This document shows positions 20,601 through 28,150 of a stretch of 29,983 nt of DNA, one piece after another. The notes below the pieces were generated by a model. That model was not told the DNA's origin. It did no database searches and saw only the letters and a list, made by a program, of their open reading frames with translations. Origin of the DNA: Fibrobacteria bacterium. GTDB taxonomy: Bacteria; Fibrobacterota; Fibrobacteria; UBA11236. Each line of letters starts with the position of its first letter. The stretch's first letter is position 1. Made by a program: the position numbers and the translations under genes. The stretch is from assembly GCA_043732185.1 (NCBI GenBank), contig JAYTHY010000079.1, forward strand, positions 1 to 29,983, given 5' to 3'.

Positions 20601-21372
20601 CCTTTGAAATCGAGGCGACGGTGCTATCGCTGAGTTTCCAAATTAAACCATGGTCCGCACTGGATGGGAAAAAAGATATTGTTGTACTTCCTAGCGCTCC
20701 CTTTTCAGCTAGGGAAAGTATTCTTGGAAAAATCCGTATGCTATCGGGAATTTTTGGATCCGACACCACTGTAACATGGTATTCCAAAACTTTAGTCGTA
20801 TCACTATTAAGTTTTGCTGTAAGAGTTGCAAATCCCCGGTTTAACGCTCTGATATAATTAGGGCCCACCATAAGCACAAACGGACTTGATGAAACCCACA
20901 GAATTGATTTATCTGTGAGTGCATCTGGAGTTACCGTTATTTTTGGAAGTGAATTTGAATCTCCTTCCGTAAAACGAAGCTCAAGAGTGCCACCAAAGAG
21001 CGTAGTTCCTGGTAAAATTTTAGAGTTTGAGTCAACTTTCGTATCTGTTCTCCCGTCAAATTTTATCTCTACCAAATAGACAATTTTTCCGCCCTTAAAC
21101 CCCGTAACTAATATAATGACCAGTCCACCATCCCAATGAGGGGCTGGCAAGTTCTCGATTTCTGCAATTGTATCAACAGTCCCTCGATAAATTATGTCCA
21201 AGGTATGGCCGGACAAATCTTTAAGTACAATATGGACGGAGTCGAAAGCTGCCAGCTTGTCGTATTGTTTAGTGAATGAAAGTGCCTGCGTGTTTTTTTC
21301 ACTTTGTAGCAGTCGGCAGGCCGTGAAAACCAAGGAAATCCCAAACAAAAGTAAAGTGAAATTCTTGATCAT
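17683..21372 (-). CDS. Large surface lipoprotein: Big_2 Ig-like repeats, PKD-like domain, three Ig-like repeats, C-terminal beta-propeller (putative adhesin/lectin)
   Basis: Lipobox FTAC; W.SSD.SVASV...G.V repeats; FKWDLDGNGVWD; 3x P.W.W..GG...YRYRID...G.HTLYVQE.D.AGNWS; repeated PY/FVA....TVMKFNG..WE.VG..GF blades. Confidence 0.85.
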   Translation of the reverse strand: MIKNFTLLLFGISLVFTACRLLQSEKNTQALSFTKQYDKLAAFDSVHIVLKDLSGHTLDIIYRGTVDTIAEIENLPAPHWDGGLVIILVTGFKGGKIVYLVEIKFDGRTDTKVDSNSKILPGTTLFGGTLELRFTEGDSNSLPKITVTPDALTDKSILWVSSSPFVLMVGPNYIRALNRGFATLTAKLNSDTTKVLEYHVTVVSDPKIPDSIRIFPRILSLAEKGALGSTTISFFPSSADHGLIWKLSDSTVASISKEGLVTGLKKGNSKLWAVSMVRATIIDSIGIEVSDPVPVVSLRFPKDSTDLFVGGSAESLMVEISPSKAAQGVKFSLTDSSKITLNNNWLTGLAEGITFVVARSIENLAKVDTLKVNVFPVQRVDSLVVKPDSLRLFTGGPNGQLVGSLYPKNLANLIFWRSSDPSVASVNGSGQVLSQKAGRTHIVGISRADSTKQDGTEVIVKRDTPLLFVGRDTVISLGKQISFLPTVIQEFGKVEQFKWDLDGNGVWDDSSTVLKSVSYKYDQEKEYFSVFYVKDTEGNDTTATKKVKAVKGPVVQILSPLNNSFTNKSTIEVVWSIDSKAQDTLLKEVLNPGSNTIVRSAKDALGALFSSMITVTLDTISPMKPIVHGLTPVNISLPSWTWAGGGGGSGTFRYRLDKEDMLGSTELMDTLFIAVTELAEGVHTLFVQEKDQAGNWSQSGRSSIKIDLTGPLAPLPLAGFISVTSNAKPIWEWISGANDGMGVYRCKIDNNAMTTGTVQVTQAKFQSTTNLTEGNHILYVQERDSAGNWSSTSSVALRVDLTPPNAPIFNVTPRSPLNSLQPIWTWVSGGGGIGLYRYRIDTADINLGAGVLKNASFKPTGNLVQGKHTLYVQEGDSAGNWSLTASKEIVVALREVVGNAGFTAGTAYHLSIGITKVGGLYISYTNPEDEFKVTVMKFNGGSWEAVGNTGLLPANDWHASMALSSTGYPYIAASDSTQNGRTTVKRFTGTSWINVGLPGFSASKVINPTLVLSKKDIPFVASWDEVMRYNGNSWDKLGNIQGINLTHGINNGSAIAIDNNEVPFVAGQSHSSLSILKFIGTDWEVVGNSGFADVSGSGIYSLAMTALGEPIVAFSDNLNESKITVMVFRKGSWQILGVAGFSLVPVTMTSVVVSSAGVPYVAFNGEGTGSSATIMRFNGTMWETVGVRGFTTDLANLSLAVDELGVPFLAYTDISENARLTVWKTSFDP
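18715..19500 (-). repeat. Three tandem ~93-aa intragenic Ig-like repeats
   Basis: Ends read LAEGVHTLFVQEKDQAGNWS, LTEGNHILYVQERDSAGNWS and LVQGKHTLYVQEGDSAGNWS; boundaries approximate. Confidence 0.8.
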
Positions 21373-21583
21373 GCCATACCCTTTAGTGAATCAGAATAAA
21401 TAAAATAAGAAATCAAATAAAGAATTGTGCAATTGGTCACTAAACTAGATTGCTTAAAGCTACGATTGCGGTTTCAAAAGACCCCAGATTAGCTTGGCAG
21501 GCCCAATATGGCCGGTTTGAAAAGTGAGAACCCAGCCTTCACAATTAAAATTATACTCCGATGCCTAATTTTGGAGCATCCCT

Positions 21584-22570
21584 TTACAAAGGATTCACAA
21601 TAGGCAATCCCAACATCTTTAGCCTAATTTCATCAAAAGCCCTAAACTGCAATTTCTTATCCGCATCGGTCCAATTGTCGCGACCCGTTCCCCGCGTAAA
21701 TACATGTCGTTTGGAATCGAGCATTTTAAGCGTTCGCGAACCTCCGGCGCTGGCCTTGGTACCCTTGTATATCAAGAGACCGCTAATCGGGTCGACAGTT
21801 TGATCGCCTTTGGTTTTATAGATGACAAGTTCGGTTTTTGGAGGAAGCGGCACAATATCTTCCAAGTCAATGCGAACGAGACTGATAACATCCATCAATT
21901 CATTGAGGGCCTCCTGCGGACGGTTTGTATACCAGTGCGCGGCCTCTTCCGGCGACGTCCCGGAAATACTGTTGCCTAGGGCTGGCCCCAGAATATCGAT
22001 CATGCTCAGAATTTTTGAACCAGGAACCACAATGGCATCGATCATAAAAAGGTTTTTAGGTGGATTAATATTGAGTTTTCCTCTGGCCATTAATTCGATG
22101 ATAAGGGCGCCGCCCGTGGAGGATCCGGCCAAACTGATATTTTTGTACCCCAAGGCCGTCAGTTTTTCATACTCCTTCAGTATTGGAGCTTGCCAATCCT
22201 GCCAGGTGCTGTTTTTAAAAACTTCATAGGAACGCCCATGGCCACCCAAAAGCACGCGGGACAATAGAAAGCCTCCCACGGAATCCCGATACTTGGAAAA
22301 ATCCTGCCATTCATAGGTGGTGGCGGTAAATCCATGGGCGGCGATTAGCACTGGCATATTTTTCATGGAATCGGTGGGATTGGGGAATGAATCCGACACC
22401 AGATAGGACAGGCTGTCAAAAATAAGATTACCATCCAACATGGTGGCTTGATCAATTTTCTCTTCGGTGATGACACAGCCGTTACCGAGAAATAGAAACG
22501 CGACGGCAATAGGCGCGGCGATTAACAAAAACAGGGCTCTAGTTTTGGTTTTCGAACTACCGCTTCTCAT
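21584..22570 (-). CDS. Alpha/beta-hydrolase lipoprotein (carboxylesterase-like)
   Basis: Lipobox LGNGC; oxyanion HGFTA, LGGHG, nucleophile elbow GSSTG, Asp in GDQTVD, His in KRHVF. Confidence 0.88.
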   Translation of the reverse strand: MRSGSSKTKTRALFLLIAAPIAVAFLFLGNGCVITEEKIDQATMLDGNLIFDSLSYLVSDSFPNPTDSMKNMPVLIAAHGFTATTYEWQDFSKYRDSVGGFLLSRVLLGGHGRSYEVFKNSTWQDWQAPILKEYEKLTALGYKNISLAGSSTGGALIIELMARGKLNINPPKNLFMIDAIVVPGSKILSMIDILGPALGNSISGTSPEEAAHWYTNRPQEALNELMDVISLVRIDLEDIVPLPPKTELVIYKTKGDQTVDPISGLLIYKGTKASAGGSRTLKMLDSKRHVFTRGTGRDNWTDADKKLQFRAFDEIRLKMLGLPIVNPL

Positions 22571-23133
22571 CGTGCCTCCGGTAAAATATTAAAGGTCCAT
22601 CCCATGGAAAAATTAAATGGATAAGTGACGCCCAGTCCGGATTTTTGGGTATAGCCCATATCGAAAAAAGGCCCGCCCCATTTCGGAAATACATTCAAAA
22701 ACGATCCAAAATTGAAACCATAAGTCAAAGAACTGTTGCTAGGGTAAATATCAAACCCTTCGGTATCCACATGGTAATATCCCGTTACCAGATTCACATA
22801 GGGGTTCCACATTTTATCCTGCCGAAAATAAAATCCCAGGGCCAAGTCCACTTTATCCTGGGCCAGAGCCCCAGCCTTTAAACCGGTACCCAAGCGGCTG
22901 GTTATGTATTTCATATCCAGCTGAAGCCTATTCCCAAACAATCCAGGGTGTGAGGTTCGAAGGCCAAATCCATTGTACCAGTAACCCTGATGTTCCTTTT
23001 GGAAAACCAGGGACCCTTTTAATCCAGGTCCGGCCAGAACGGGATTTGCACCAACCGAAAGGACGAGAAATGCCATGGCCAGTCTAAGTTTTATTTTTTG
23101 GATAAAAATGGGTACTGCCTTTTTCTGATACAT
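22567..23133 (-). CDS. Small outer-membrane beta-barrel protein (about 8 strands)
   Basis: Signal peptide ..VLA; amphipathic strands; NPYVNLVTGY; terminal FSMGWTFNI; ATGA overlap with the hydrolase gene. Confidence 0.75.
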   Translation of the reverse strand: MYQKKAVPIFIQKIKLRLAMAFLVLSVGANPVLAGPGLKGSLVFQKEHQGYWYNGFGLRTSHPGLFGNRLQLDMKYITSRLGTGLKAGALAQDKVDLALGFYFRQDKMWNPYVNLVTGYYHVDTEGFDIYPSNSSLTYGFNFGSFLNVFPKWGGPFFDMGYTQKSGLGVTYPFNFSMGWTFNILPEAR

Positions 23134-23227
23134 GTAATCTTTCTCCGGATATATTCCTGCATAAAGACCATGCCTGAATGTATTTTTCCATTTGCATCTG
23201 CAGTCTAAATTACTTTCTAATCAAAAA

Positions 23228-23242
23228 TGATTTATAAAATCA
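23228..23242. promoter_or_regulatory. Palindromic candidate transcription-factor site upstream of the barrel-esterase operon
   Basis: TGATTT-ATA-AAATCA inverted repeat about 95 nt upstream of the 23133 start. Confidence 0.3.
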
Positions 23243-23405
23243 GGTAGACGAATACTAGAAGGGCAACCTTGAATTTGCCTTTTTCTTGGTTTTCTGGCAA
23301 TGCAGACGGTGCTCCCAATGCCACCATGATCGGATTGCACGGACCGTTTAGGTTATATCCCACTTGCCTTGTAAGACGAATCTTGCTTGATGATTGTTCC
23401 TGGTT

Positions 23406-24905
23406 TCAGCTTGCTTGTAGCATTGATTTTGATTTTCCTCGTCCGCCTAAAATAACGCTAAGGATTTGGGCCGACAAAATCGAGGCGGTAACCGTAATCA
23501 GAGGATTCCAGGGCCATGCTAAGGAATACAAAGGCGTCCAGACTCCCGGTGGCAAGATGGGAATATTGGAAAACGGCAATAAAGCAAACATCCCGCAAAA
23601 AGCCCCGGCTATAACCGCCTTGGGATGCGTCCAGGGCATGAAAAAAGCTTGAATGAATATCCCCAGTAACGGACCGGTAAACAAGGATGTGAAGAATAGG
23701 GCCTTGGTCAATATGGAAACATCTCCGATGGCACAGACAAAGGAGGCTATCATCCCAAGGATGCCCCATAGAACAACCCACTTGCGGGCGTTACGGAGAT
23801 TATGTGCGTCCTCTCCCGCTCCCTTGGGAGCCTTGGCCAAAAAGTCGACAACGGTGGTATTGGATAGAGCCGTAAGCACCGAACTCAACGCCCCCATATC
23901 CGCAGCTAAGATGGCCGCCACCAGCAATCCTTTGACACCTGTAGGCAAAACATTGATAATGAAATGGGGAAGCACTTGATTGACTTTGGTCAACTCCGGA
24001 AGTACGTCCACTTTGGCTACTTGAAAATACACGTAAAGAAAGGCACCGAGAGTGAAGAATACCAGTCCCACGCAAATGCCCAGCAGGGATGAACTGAGAG
24101 AGGACAAGTTGGCGGAGCGGGTGTCTTTGGTGGAAAGATAGCGTTGCACAAATTGTTGATCACACCCGCGAATCGCCACTTCAAAAACAACATAGACGAT
24201 GGAGGCCGTGAAAAAAGTCCTGTCGCTGTGCGGATTCCAGGAAAAATCGAATATTTTGGTCTTGCCGGCCTCGGTGGCCAATTGCCAGGTTTTGAAAAAT
24301 CCTCCCACGCCCTTTGCACAGAAATAAATGCAGAGCAATCCGCCTCCAAAAAAAATGATGAACTGGATGATGTCCGTGGTGGTAACCGCCTTGATACCCC
24401 CTAGCGAAGTATACAGCATTGCAAAAACCGCCATGGAAATGGCCACTACCCAAAATGGGGCTCCGGTTATTTTCATAAGCACCAATGAGGGGCCATAGAT
24501 AAGCATGCCCATGCGCAAAAGCAGATGGCAGGAATAAAAAGACGCGGCCAGCACACGTACCGGTCGGGAGAACTTGATTTCCAGCAATTCATAGGCAGAG
24601 CGAATGCCGCTGGCCCGGAACCGGGGAATAAAGATCGTGCCCACAATGAAGATGGCGATCAACGATCCGATATTGAGCATCAAGAGACGCATATCGTTGG
24701 CATAGGAATCGGCGGGATTTCCCAAAAATGTGTTAGCGCTGACCGATGTGGCAATCAGGGAGATGCCTACGGCCAGCCAGGGCATATTGCCGCCCCCAAA
24801 CATGAAGTCCTTGAAATTGGCGTTGCGACGGGAGAAAAAGACACCTATCGAGGCCACCATCACAAAATAGAGGACGATGACGAGCCAATCAATCCATGTG
24901 AACAT
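23406..24905 (-). CDS. Sodium:solute symporter (SSS family)
   Basis: IDWLVIVLYF, MPWLAVGISLIATSVSANTFLG.P, YTSLGGIKAV..TD, DQQFVQRYLS, GLLVAAILAA; about 13 TM helices. Substrate not determinable. Confidence 0.95.
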   Translation of the reverse strand: MFTWIDWLVIVLYFVMVASIGVFFSRRNANFKDFMFGGGNMPWLAVGISLIATSVSANTFLGNPADSYANDMRLLMLNIGSLIAIFIVGTIFIPRFRASGIRSAYELLEIKFSRPVRVLAASFYSCHLLLRMGMLIYGPSLVLMKITGAPFWVVAISMAVFAMLYTSLGGIKAVTTTDIIQFIIFFGGGLLCIYFCAKGVGGFFKTWQLATEAGKTKIFDFSWNPHSDRTFFTASIVYVVFEVAIRGCDQQFVQRYLSTKDTRSANLSSLSSSLLGICVGLVFFTLGAFLYVYFQVAKVDVLPELTKVNQVLPHFIINVLPTGVKGLLVAAILAADMGALSSVLTALSNTTVVDFLAKAPKGAGEDAHNLRNARKWVVLWGILGMIASFVCAIGDVSILTKALFFTSLFTGPLLGIFIQAFFMPWTHPKAVIAGAFCGMFALLPFSNIPILPPGVWTPLYSLAWPWNPLITVTASILSAQILSVILGGRGKSKSMLQAS

Positions 24906-24987
24906 TTAGTGGCTTTCCCTTCAGGCGGCTATGAAACCTTGCTTTTCTTTAACTTAGCATTTCCCTGAGACTTTCTATTTTCTGAGT

Positions 24988-25446
24988 ATGAAAATCACGG
25001 AATCCGAAATCGCACCCGACGCCAAACGTTTCCTGCTAAACCCTATCCGTATGATCCTGCTGGGGCTGGTAGTCGTCGCCATTTATGGGGGAGGAATAGT
25101 CTCTGCCGTTTGGGCTGGTCAGTTGACCGTCAAGGTAGCCCATTCGGGTGGGGAGCTTCCCATTTTGCCCTGGCTTTCCGCTTTCGGATTTGTGATATTG
25201 GGCATGCTTTCCGTGGTCTATGCCTTCTTCTTCCGGCCAAGGGAAGTAAGGCTCAGCGATTCGGTCGTCGCCCTGTTGTGGTGGGATGGCACTGGAAAAG
25301 CCATCAAACGGGAACAGGTTGAAACCGTGAAAGTATCCGGACCTAAAATTGTGCTTAGCGGGGGCGGAGAAACGCTAACCATCCCACCCATTTTTTCGGA
25401 TGCGAAAGGGTTAAGCGAGCGATTGAAAACTTGGGCATCCAAGTAA
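24988..25446 (+). CDS. Hypothetical membrane protein (2 TM + small PH-like beta domain)
   Basis: 152 aa, two hydrophobic helices then short beta strands; TATTTT 6 nt before the ATG. Confidence 0.7.
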   Translation: MKITESEIAPDAKRFLLNPIRMILLGLVVVAIYGGGIVSAVWAGQLTVKVAHSGGELPILPWLSAFGFVILGMLSVVYAFFFRPREVRLSDSVVALLWWDGTGKAIKREQVETVKVSGPKIVLSGGGETLTIPPIFSDAKGLSERLKTWASK

Positions 25447-25449
25447 GGG

Positions 25450-26186
25450 CTAATAATCGACCCGGACCCTGAGGCTTCGGCCTTTGGGATCCGCGACATT
25501 GACGATGCCTTGATATCGAACCATTTTTATTGTTTTAGGATCATAGAACATGACAATAGTTGGCAGCAGCATGGCCAGTAACGAATTCTTAGGTTCTATG
25601 ACAATGGGTTTGCAAACCTGATTTCCGGTTTCTTTGGGCGGTACTTGATATTTTGTGTCCACGTAAGCGACAAATTTGTAATAGTCCAGCCTAGCCGGAA
25701 CCACCATATTGAAGGGGACTTTTTCCCCGCCGTGATTTCCGCCCAATGACTCTTGACGAATTCACCCACGCCGCCATTGATGACACATGGCTCAGGGACA
25801 TCCAAGGCCTTTTCCTTTCTCACTGCACGGGCCGAATCGCGAAAGTACGCGCGAATACAAGACGCTTCGACCGTGGCACCCTCTTCATATCCATTGCGAA
25901 AATCCCGGTAGGCGTAATCGGGTTTGAAAGGAAAACGAACAAAATCCAAATGCAAATCGGCGATCAACTTGCCTTCTGGGGAAGTGAATTTAGTTTCTGT
26001 GGCACTTAATTTTCCGAATTGGATTCGTTCTTGACGAGTCTCGATATAGGCAGGGATGTGTCGTTCCGTATCGTACGCATAACCCTTGCACATAAGAGCC
26101 GTGGAATCCGATGCTGCCAAAACAGGTGCCGCAATTAATGCGTATAGGAGGGACGTCTTCAGGTGCTGAAAGGGGCTCGGTACCAC
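25450..26186 (-). pseudogene. Secreted hypothetical protein split by a 1-nt frameshift at about 25720-25728
   Basis: ORF 26186..25596 (signal peptide, ..SHWAEITAG) continues naturally as (E/K)KVPFNMVVPARLDYYKF.. in the -1 frame (ORF ending 25450), across the run GGGGAAAAAG. Confidence 0.75.
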
Positions 26187-26247
26187 AGCATTCCAAGGTA
26201 ATTAAATGTCCACCCAGTTGCTTGCGAGGATTAGGTATATTCATGCC

Positions 26248-28029
26248 ATGAACAGAACCCTCGCATCTTCTGATAAACCAAAGCGCCGCGCTGGCGCCCC
26301 TTCCATGCACACCATTCGTCATGCCTTCCTCACTATCATCTGGCCGCGTCGTAAACTGCTGCTGCTGGGGCTCTTGCTTATTTTCATCAACCGGGCATCC
26401 GGCCTAGTACTGCCGGGTTCCACTAAATTTCTACTGGATGATGTCATCCCCCACCGCAACCTGGAATTGCTCAAGATTCTATTGGCAGTCGTAGGCTTGT
26501 CCATACTGGTGCAATCCGCCACTTCCTTTGCCTTGACCCGACTTCTAGCGGTAGAAGCCCAGCACCTCATTTCTCAATTACGCCTCCAGATGCAAAAGCA
26601 TATTGTTCGGTTACCGGTGGGATTTTTCGACAGCACAAAGTCAGGAGTCCTGCTTTCCCGCATCATGAATGATCCGGAAGGTGTCCGTAACTTGGTGGGA
26701 ACGGGGGTAGTGCAACTGGTGGGCGGCGTGTTGACTGCGGTGGCTTCTTTTTTCTTGCTGGTCCGCATCAGCTCTTGGTTAACCGTGGCGAGTCTTTTCC
26801 CATTGATTCTTTTCAGCTTTATTTCCTTCAAAGCCTTTTCTCGGATCCGTCCCATTTTTCGCGAGCGGGGAAAAATTACGGCTGAGGTTACTGGACGTCT
26901 GACGGAAACTCTAGGAGGCATCCGCGTCATCAAAGGATTCCACGCTGAAGACAGGGAGGTCAAGGTATTCGATGCGGGCGTAGCCAAGCTTTTCAATAAT
27001 GTACGGAAATCCATGACCACCACCAGCCTGGTTACCAGCTCCGCGACCTTGCTTCTCGGCGTGACCAGCGTGCTTATTATGGGCATAGGTGGGCTTCAGA
27101 TTTTGAAGGGCGCGATGACAGTGGGCGATTTTATTGCTTTCACTTTATACTTGGGCTTTCTGGTGGCACCGATTGTGCAAATGAGCAATATTGGCTCTCA
27201 ATTGACCGAAGCTTTTGCAGGTCTGGATCGCATGGAGGAAATTCTCTCCCTCGCCCCCGAAGGGCAGGAACCGGAAAGAATAGTGGAACTAAAGCGCATC
27301 GAAGGAAAAATCGCGTTTCAAGATGTGCATTTCAGCTATGACACCGGCAAGGAAGTATTGAAAGGCATAAGCCTCGAAGTTGCCGCTGGAAGTGTAACGG
27401 CATTGGTGGGCAGTTCGGGATCGGGCAAGACTACTTTGGCGGGTCTGGCGGCTTCCTTCCTACGTCCCAGCCAAGGCAGAATCTTAATCGATGATGTCGA
27501 TGTGACAACGGTTAAACTGGAAAGCTATCGCCGAAATCTCGCCGTTGTGCTGCAGGATGAATTCCTATTCGAAGGCACTATAAAGGAAAATATTTTATTC
27601 GGTCGACCGGACGCGACGGACTTGGAATTGGCTGACGCAGTGCAAGCCGCCAATCTCAAAACCTTTGTGGCGAGTCTGGAAAAAGGTTTGGACACACTGA
27701 TCGGAGAACGAGGCGTAAAACTTTCCGGCGGCCAACAGCAAAGAGTCGCCATCGCCCGCGCGCTATTGGCTGATCCTCGCATTCTGTTTTTGGATGAAGC
27801 CACTTCCAATCTCGACGCGGAAAGCGAAATGCTCATTCAGGAAAGCCTGGCGGGTTTGATGCAGGGTCGCACAACTTTGGTTATCGCCCATCGGCTGTCT
27901 ACCATCCGTAGAGCCAATCAAATACTGGTGGTGGAGGACGGTGAAATAGTAGAGCGAGGGGACCATGACGCGCTTATCGCCAAACAGGGCCGGTACTTCC
28001 AGTTGTTTACCTACCAATCCCGGATTTAG
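26248..28029 (+). CDS. ABC exporter, fused permease + ATPase (MsbA/Sav1866-like type IV)
   Basis: Six-TM domain, ETLGGIRVIKGF, Walker A GSSGSGKT, GERGVKLSGGQQQR, LFLDEATSNLD, IAHRLSTI. ATG 26248 is preferred (TATATT 6 nt upstream); 26206 is possible. Confidence 0.96.
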   Translation: MNRTLASSDKPKRRAGAPSMHTIRHAFLTIIWPRRKLLLLGLLLIFINRASGLVLPGSTKFLLDDVIPHRNLELLKILLAVVGLSILVQSATSFALTRLLAVEAQHLISQLRLQMQKHIVRLPVGFFDSTKSGVLLSRIMNDPEGVRNLVGTGVVQLVGGVLTAVASFFLLVRISSWLTVASLFPLILFSFISFKAFSRIRPIFRERGKITAEVTGRLTETLGGIRVIKGFHAEDREVKVFDAGVAKLFNNVRKSMTTTSLVTSSATLLLGVTSVLIMGIGGLQILKGAMTVGDFIAFTLYLGFLVAPIVQMSNIGSQLTEAFAGLDRMEEILSLAPEGQEPERIVELKRIEGKIAFQDVHFSYDTGKEVLKGISLEVAAGSVTALVGSSGSGKTTLAGLAASFLRPSQGRILIDDVDVTTVKLESYRRNLAVVLQDEFLFEGTIKENILFGRPDATDLELADAVQAANLKTFVASLEKGLDTLIGERGVKLSGGQQQRVAIARALLADPRILFLDEATSNLDAESEMLIQESLAGLMQGRTTLVIAHRLSTIRRANQILVVEDGEIVERGDHDALIAKQGRYFQLFTYQSRI

Positions 28030-28150
28030 GATTCTGGCTTTGGCCAGACCTGTCGCCTAATTGAGCGGGTGACCCTGGACCTAATGGAATCAATCAAGCC
28101 TGTTCCATTTGGGCACCCGTCAAGCTATAATCCACATGGAGGAGAATTCC

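Noticed and set aside
20138..20857. 239-aa antisense ORF within the adhesin gene
   Set aside because: Mirror-frame ORF with no recognisable domain; fully explained by the sense gene.
21373..21583. c-di-GMP riboswitch upstream of the adhesin gene
   Set aside because: No GEMM-like consensus seen on the minus strand.
23134..23405. Riboswitch/ncRNA, or the 127-aa ORF from 23269, in this intergenic region
   Set aside because: No riboswitch consensus recognised, and only a weak hairpin at 23259-23282. The ORF is mostly antisense to the symporter. An Rfam/Infernal scan would be decisive.
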